A DNA stretch of 64,000 nt from Thermoplasmatota archaeon (GTDB lineage Archaea; Thermoplasmatota; E2; DHVEG-1; B18-G2), in the NCBI GenBank assembly GCA_029259115.1, contig JAPDJO010000076.1, positions 1-64,000 of the forward strand, given 5' to 3'. Positions 58,540 to 64,000 of the stretch are shown piece after piece. Position numbers and translations under genes: made by a program. Numbering within the stretch: position 1 is the stretch's first letter; each line of letters starts with the position of its first letter. The notes under the pieces were generated by a model. That model was not told where the DNA came from. It ran no database searches and saw only the letters and a list, made by a program, of their open reading frames with translations.

Positions 58540-60697
58540 AGAACACAGCTCCTAGGAGAGAAAGAGCAATCATAGAGATAACAACTTTCATGAACTCCTG
58601 AAGAGCTGGAACATTCACAAAATAAACAGATATTAATCCAGCTATAGTAGTTGATGCAGCCTCTACCAAGGATAGTCCAGTTTTCTCGATAGCCTCTTCC
58701 ATTGCTTTTTCTTTGTTCAATCCTTCTTCAATCCCTTCTAGATATCTCTTTGTTACATGCACACCATAGTCAACGCCTGTTCCCACGATTATCGATGCTA
58801 TGGATATAGTAACTACGGATAGAGATATGCCCATTGAAACCAGTATGCCAGGCTCCAGCAGCAGAACGAACATTATTGGAACGATAGTTAGAAATGCATA
58901 CAAAGATGATCTGAATATTATTATTAAAGTTGCGAATACAAGAAGTATGGAGATGAAAAGAGACCTTATCTGTTGTTCGAAGAGAAGATCATTTATGGCT
59001 ACGTTTATGGCAGTCGTCCCAGTGATTGGATAGATTTTTCCTCCAGGTATAGAAGCATTTTCTATTATTGAATTAATCGCCAATACAACCTCTCTTTGCT
59101 GCTCCATGCTTAGCCCTACAGGAATATTAACATTTATTAAAGTCTCAGAGAAGTCTTCGTCAACCATCATCTCGATCTTATCTTCTAGGAGAGTATAGAT
59201 TATCTGTAATCTGGTAGGATCCTTTGGTAATTCCCCAAGATTCAACTTTTTTACAACATCAGCAATCGATGTAAATGTTACTCCACATCCAGAAATTCTC
59301 GAATCACTTCTCATCCTTTCTTCCATATTGTATATCTCCTCTATCACATCCGGATCTTTTAGGTCAGCCTTTACCATTATGAGATTTAGACCTCCACTAC
59401 TGCCAAATCTTTCTGAGAATTCTTGAGTCTTGAGAACAACTGGATTGTCTTTTGGTGCCATAGAGAAATAATTGACATCAGTTCCAACCTTTGGAAGAAC
59501 AGCTAAAGATAGTACAGCTATTGCTACCCCAAGAAAAACTATTCTACCGCTATTCTTAACAGAAAATCTTGCCAGTTTTTTCCAAGCCGGTAATCTCACT
59601 TTCTTTCTGAAATCCAGAATAACAATCAGAGGCGGGACCATAATAATAGTAGAGAAGAAGCATAGAACTATGCCAAGAGAACAGCCGAAACCAAAATCTC
59701 TGAGAGGAATCATGCTTGATATCATCAAAGATCCAAAACCTATGGCTGTTGTGATCGTTGATAACAGAACTGCTTTTCCTGTAGTTCTTATAGATCTTCT
59801 AGCCCTCTCTACGTAATCTCCCTCCTCTTCCAGAAACCTATTCATAAGGTGTACGGAATAGTCTACACCTAACCCTAACAGTAGAGCAACGATAGCTATT
59901 GATAACATTGTTAGCTGAGGTCTAACTACGCCAAGTATACCAAACGTCATGAATATAGAGTATGCTGTCGGTAAGAATGTTATAATTAGTCCTTTAAGAG
60001 ATCTGTGAAAGCCAAATAGAACGATGGAAACGAAAATTATGGCTAAGGGAAAAATGATAGCCATGCTTCTTAGATTCCATTCCCTTAGAGATTCTGTTAA
60101 TGGCAACGTTCCAACTAGATACATCTTTGTACTTACATCATCTATAGCGTCTTCAGCTCTTGAGAGAATTGCTTTTTTATCTGCATCACTCGATAGCATA
60201 AATATAACAGCAGAAGCTTTGTAATCGTCTGTAATTACAGCCTTCCTTCCCTCTCCTATTCTTGCCACATACTTCATTATTTTGTTTTCACTGGAAGGCA
60301 ATTCAAACTTTCCTTCTCCGAGTGGCGGCGAAAGGCTATTTTCGAGCTTAATGAGAGAAGTTATAGATGTTTCACTAACAATCCCATCTATCTCTCCTTT
60401 ATCATGCCTATAGATGTTTATCTTACTCACGACATAGTCGATATCTCTTAAAGTGTCTAAATCCAAAACGTTATCACTCTCTACATAGATTATTAAAGTG
60501 TCTCCTATATTCCATTCCTCACCTATATATTTGAGAAGTTTGATGGTGGGTTCATCCTCTGGTAAGAACTTGCCAAGATCAGATTCCATGTAAAGATTTT
60601 TTGCGTTGAACGCTATGAGAAAAGTGAGGATAGTAAATAAAAGTAATACAGTTTTTGGCTTCTTCACTAGGATCTCTGTTATGTCTGGATATCTCAT
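58505..60697 (-). CDS. RND/MMPL family transporter
   Basis: Two repeat halves with GLGVDYSVH and GTGVDYGVH; TTAIGFGSL; TTIAG. Confidence 0.9.
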   Translation of the reverse strand: MRYPDITEILVKKPKTVLLLFTILTFLIAFNAKNLYMESDLGKFLPEDEPTIKLLKYIGEEWNIGDTLIIYVESDNVLDLDTLRDIDYVVSKINIYRHDKGEIDGIVSETSITSLIKLENSLSPPLGEGKFELPSSENKIMKYVARIGEGRKAVITDDYKASAVIFMLSSDADKKAILSRAEDAIDDVSTKMYLVGTLPLTESLREWNLRSMAIIFPLAIIFVSIVLFGFHRSLKGLIITFLPTAYSIFMTFGILGVVRPQLTMLSIAIVALLLGLGVDYSVHLMNRFLEEEGDYVERARRSIRTTGKAVLLSTITTAIGFGSLMISSMIPLRDFGFGCSLGIVLCFFSTIIMVPPLIVILDFRKKVRLPAWKKLARFSVKNSGRIVFLGVAIAVLSLAVLPKVGTDVNYFSMAPKDNPVVLKTQEFSERFGSSGGLNLIMVKADLKDPDVIEEIYNMEERMRSDSRISGCGVTFTSIADVVKKLNLGELPKDPTRLQIIYTLLEDKIEMMVDEDFSETLINVNIPVGLSMEQQREVVLAINSIIENASIPGGKIYPITGTTAINVAINDLLFEQQIRSLFISILLVFATLIIIFRSSLYAFLTIVPIMFVLLLEPGILVSMGISLSVVTISIASIIVGTGVDYGVHVTKRYLEGIEEGLNKEKAMEEAIEKTGLSLVEAASTTIAGLISVYFVNVPALQEFMKVVISMIALSLLGAVFFMPALYRLKGI

Positions 60698-60817
60698 TTC
60701 TCTAAAGAGTAAGGAAAAGAGGTTAATTTAGTTAATGGATACGGGGTGTTAAATTCGTTAATAAAACAATAAGAAAATATTTATATTACGTTGGCATATA
60801 AATATTGAGGATTAGAT

Positions 60818-63800
60818 ATGAAATCGAAAAGATTGTTTGTATTTACGCTACCAGTTCTACTAGTACTATCTGGATTCTCGGTAATAGTTAATCCAAAAAC
60901 TACTGTTCGAGAAATAAATATCAATGATATAGAGCTTTATCCCGATATACAAATAGAATTGTATGTTGATGCAGGGGGGCCCTACTATTCTGACACATTC
61001 ACGGTTACACTAAGAGGGTATGCTAAAATCTTGAATGCAACCATCAATGCAACCATCATATCATATGCTTGGAACTTTGGAGATGGAACATCGGAAAGGA
61101 TACAGTTATCGTCTCCTTCAACCGAAATATCGTGCACCATCACCCATACATATCCTCACGGAGGATATTTCAATGCTCTATTAAGTGTGGTTGCGAGTAT
61201 TCGAGGTACCAAATTTCTAAACATCGAGACGGACACAACCTTAGTCTGCATAAACAAACCTATACCACCGGAACCTTCCGAGTATCCGAGATGGTATCGT
61301 TACCCTTACGGAATAACAACAAGCAGAGAGCTGGATGATTTTGACAAAAAGGTATGGAGTCCTGTGGCAGAAGAATGGGGCGACTACGCCGGTTTCCTAG
61401 TAGGAGAACCCATAAAATTCAAGATAACCTGGGAACCCCCAGATGAACCTTTTGGCTGGCCCCTTGTATATCCTGATAGCTATTATGCTGATATTAAGAT
61501 TATAGATATGCTTCCCCCAACTGTCAAATTTATAAATGCATCAAGAGAACCTACAAAAATAGAGAAAAAGGTATATTTCGACTATGATAACATGATGTTC
61601 GTACCATTTACGGTGTTGGAATGGGATCTCGGAAAACATCACGTTTCACACAGAGTGGGGAAACCCATAATTATCAACTGTGTTGTAGAATATCTCAACT
61701 ATAGCTACTTTGATATACCTGAAAAATACTGGGGTATACCGATTAATTATCTCACAACGAACTATGCGAGAGAAGAAGCAAGGAGCAAGTATGGAAGCGG
61801 CTGCCCCCCACCTTATGATCAGCATTTAGTAACTCATGTCGCCATAGCTACCGATATAGTAGAGTTCTCGGTTAGAGAATCACCTGAGTGTGGTGGAATA
61901 AAAATAACTAAAACCGTAAATAAATCCTTAGTCTATATTGGAGACGAAATCAAATATACAATATTTGTGGAAAATACAGGAAATATAAAACTTTATGATA
62001 TATACGTCAATGATACTATGTTTGGATTTTCGGAATACATAGATTCACTAGAGCCAGCTGAAATAGTAACTTTGCATTTCAATTATACGATATCTCCGGA
62101 TGATCCACCAATCATAAAAAACATAGCAACTGTAGAAGGATACGATGGCAATCATACGAGATATAGCGATTGGGACAAAGCAGAAGTAAAAGTCATAAGG
62201 GGAGGAATCAATGTTACCAAGTGTTCGGATAAAACATCTGCCCATGTTGGTGAAATTATAAACTATACTATCAATGTCACAAATACTGGAAATGTAAACC
62301 TAAGTAATGTGACAGTATATGATATAACTCTTGATTTCTATAGAGAGATTGGTAACCTTGGACCAGGAGAATATTACAAATTCTATATAGAACATCAAAT
62401 CTCTTCTACAGATCCAGATCCATTCGTAAACGAGGTAGTTGCTAGAGGTTACGATGAACTTGGCAAAATTTATACAGACAATGATACAGCGGTTGTAGAC
62501 ATCATTTGCGAGTCAAACTTCTCTCTCCAGAAACTAGTTAAGTGGGACTGTCAAGGACCATACGTTAAAGATCTGACCATAACACAAGATCAGTGGAACC
62601 AAGCAAAATGGGTAACATTCAGGATATATGTAAATAATACAGGAGATACTCCACTTGATATTTATGTAAGAGATGATCTTCCAGAAGGTTTAATCTACAG
62701 AGAAGGAACATCGACACCGAAAGAGCCAGAAAAATTAGGAAAATCTCTCTATTGGAATTTCACCGATGTACAGCCAAATGATAAGATAACTATAGAATTC
62801 GTTGCAGACGTAACAGAATGCGGGAACTTCACAAACATAGTTCACGTGACAGCAAGATACGATTGTAACGAGATAGAGAAAGAGGATTATGCGATAGTAA
62901 GAACACCTCCTTGCACATGCATTCCAGGTATGAAAATAGATAAAAAGGTCTGGAATAAAGAGACGGGAGAATGGGTAGACTCTATATCAATCGATGAAAG
63001 TCCGAAAGAACTAAGATTCAACATAACTTTGGAGAATAATGGCACATGTGACATCTTTAATTTAACAATTAATGATAAACTTGGATGTGTATTACATAAC
63101 TTGAGGGACTTCTACGAGTCTGATAAAGACCTGATTAGGAAATTAGTGGATGAGACCCATGGATTTGTATCTTGGAAACTAAACAGGACATTGCATCCAG
63201 GAGAAAAAATATACATGGAATTCAATGCAACTGCATATCTTCAACAGGGAGGCTCCACTTATAACCGTGTAGATGCAGTAGGTGACACATCGAAAGTTCA
63301 TCTCAAAGCAGATGATACGGTCAATATTTACTATCCTATAGAGGAGCCAAAGCTCGCATTCTATCCAACAAGTATCGAGATTACAGATCCTATATACATA
63401 GGAGACCCAATTTCCAAGACTTTCGAAATCTGGAATGATGGAACTGGAACATTAGTGTTCAACATAACCGGCTATCCAAGCTATGTAACTGTAACCCCAA
63501 AGGATGGAACCTCTGCAGATTCTTCAGATAAGAAAACAATAACTGTAGAAATATCAACATCCTCTTTGGGTGAAGGAGAACATTCTGTAGCGATACCCAT
63601 ACAGTCTAACGATGGAAATGGTATATTCTATGTGAATTTCACTCTGATAAATCCGCCGCAGCTATCATATACGCCATTGAATATCTATCTCTATGACGTA
63701 GAAAAGGGAACAATATTCGATAAGACAATCGAAATCTGGAACGAAGGAGATGGAACATTGACATACACTCTAGCAGCAAATTGTGAATGGATAATCTTAG

Positions 63801-64000
63801 ACCCTGAAGAAGGAGAATCCACCGGAGAGAAGGATACCATAAATGTAACAATAGACACATCTTCTCTGGACGTAGGCATACACGAATGCAACATAACCAT
63901 AAACTCAAATGGAGGAAGTGGAATAGTAAGGGTACACGTTGAGGTTATTCCGCCAGCGCAACCGCCAAACGTTAGCATAGAAAAACCAATAGACGGAGCG
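60818..64000 (+). CDS. Large secreted surface protein with PKD, DUF11 repeats and BACON-like Ig domains (3'-truncated; absent from ORF track)
   Basis: ATG 60818 MKSKRLFVFTLPVLLVLSGFS; DAGGPY..SYAWNFGDG..HTY (PKD); repeats ITKTV..GDEIKYTIFVENTGN and VGEIINYTINVTNTGNVNLSNVTV; FEIWNDGTGTL and IEIWNEGDGTL. Confidence 0.85.
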   Translation, partial: MKSKRLFVFTLPVLLVLSGFSVIVNPKTTVREININDIELYPDIQIELYVDAGGPYYSDTFTVTLRGYAKILNATINATIISYAWNFGDGTSERIQLSSPSTEISCTITHTYPHGGYFNALLSVVASIRGTKFLNIETDTTLVCINKPIPPEPSEYPRWYRYPYGITTSRELDDFDKKVWSPVAEEWGDYAGFLVGEPIKFKITWEPPDEPFGWPLVYPDSYYADIKIIDMLPPTVKFINASREPTKIEKKVYFDYDNMMFVPFTVLEWDLGKHHVSHRVGKPIIINCVVEYLNYSYFDIPEKYWGIPINYLTTNYAREEARSKYGSGCPPPYDQHLVTHVAIATDIVEFSVRESPECGGIKITKTVNKSLVYIGDEIKYTIFVENTGNIKLYDIYVNDTMFGFSEYIDSLEPAEIVTLHFNYTISPDDPPIIKNIATVEGYDGNHTRYSDWDKAEVKVIRGGINVTKCSDKTSAHVGEIINYTINVTNTGNVNLSNVTVYDITLDFYREIGNLGPGEYYKFYIEHQISSTDPDPFVNEVVARGYDELGKIYTDNDTAVVDIICESNFSLQKLVKWDCQGPYVKDLTITQDQWNQAKWVTFRIYVNNTGDTPLDIYVRDDLPEGLIYREGTSTPKEPEKLGKSLYWNFTDVQPNDKITIEFVADVTECGNFTNIVHVTARYDCNEIEKEDYAIVRTPPCTCIPGMKIDKKVWNKETGEWVDSISIDESPKELRFNITLENNGTCDIFNLTINDKLGCVLHNLRDFYESDKDLIRKLVDETHGFVSWKLNRTLHPGEKIYMEFNATAYLQQGGSTYNRVDAVGDTSKVHLKADDTVNIYYPIEEPKLAFYPTSIEITDPIYIGDPISKTFEIWNDGTGTLVFNITGYPSYVTVTPKDGTSADSSDKKTITVEISTSSLGEGEHSVAIPIQSNDGNGIFYVNFTLINPPQLSYTPLNIYLYDVEKGTIFDKTIEIWNEGDGTLTYTLAANCEWIILDPEEGESTGEKDTINVTIDTSSLDVGIHECNITINSNGGSGIVRVHVEVIPPAQPPNVSIEKPIDGA

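Noticed and set aside
61034-61057. 12-bp tandem duplication aatgcaaccatc x2 (NATI-NATI)
   Set aside because: A single in-frame micro-duplication with no sign of a variable repeat tract.

Overview
Archaeal chromosomal window. Gene content suggests Thermoplasmatota, plausibly a MBG-D/DHVEG-1-like sediment lineage: gyrAB, ipk-fni-GGPPS, EF-1beta, pelota, NreA, EndoQ and several secreted gingipain-type and caspase-type Cys peptidases. This placement is inference. Housekeeping blocks: an aconitase-aclB-aclA-isocitrate dehydrogenase operon, rRNA methylase/MazG, gyrase, DNA repair genes, Rqc2-pelota, thiL/purM, gltX, isoprenoid genes, tRNA-Lys(CUU), kptA/rpiA, an RND transporter, and a >1000-aa PKD/DUF11 surface protein running off the right end. 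The standout is an accessory locus at about 11.9-21.8 kb. It holds five copies (four intact, one decayed and absent from the ORF track) of a small-protein family. The intact copies are built as signal/anchor helix + conserved PL[FY]xIR pro-region + hypervariable Cys/Thr-rich tail, and every tail has an odd Cys count. These genes surround two translationally coupled paralogous membrane proteins (exosortase-like TM bundle + two GIFT/DUF4350-like domains) and a secreted GATase-like Cys-His-Glu hydrolase, next to two C25 peptidases and two IS scars. This is a candidate undescribed archaeal secreted-peptide (RiPP/defensin-like) maturation system. A second candidate is a B12-uptake cluster with an ArsR-DUF4430 fusion regulator and shared GATAAC boxes. 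All family assignments come from motif recognition; no database search was run.
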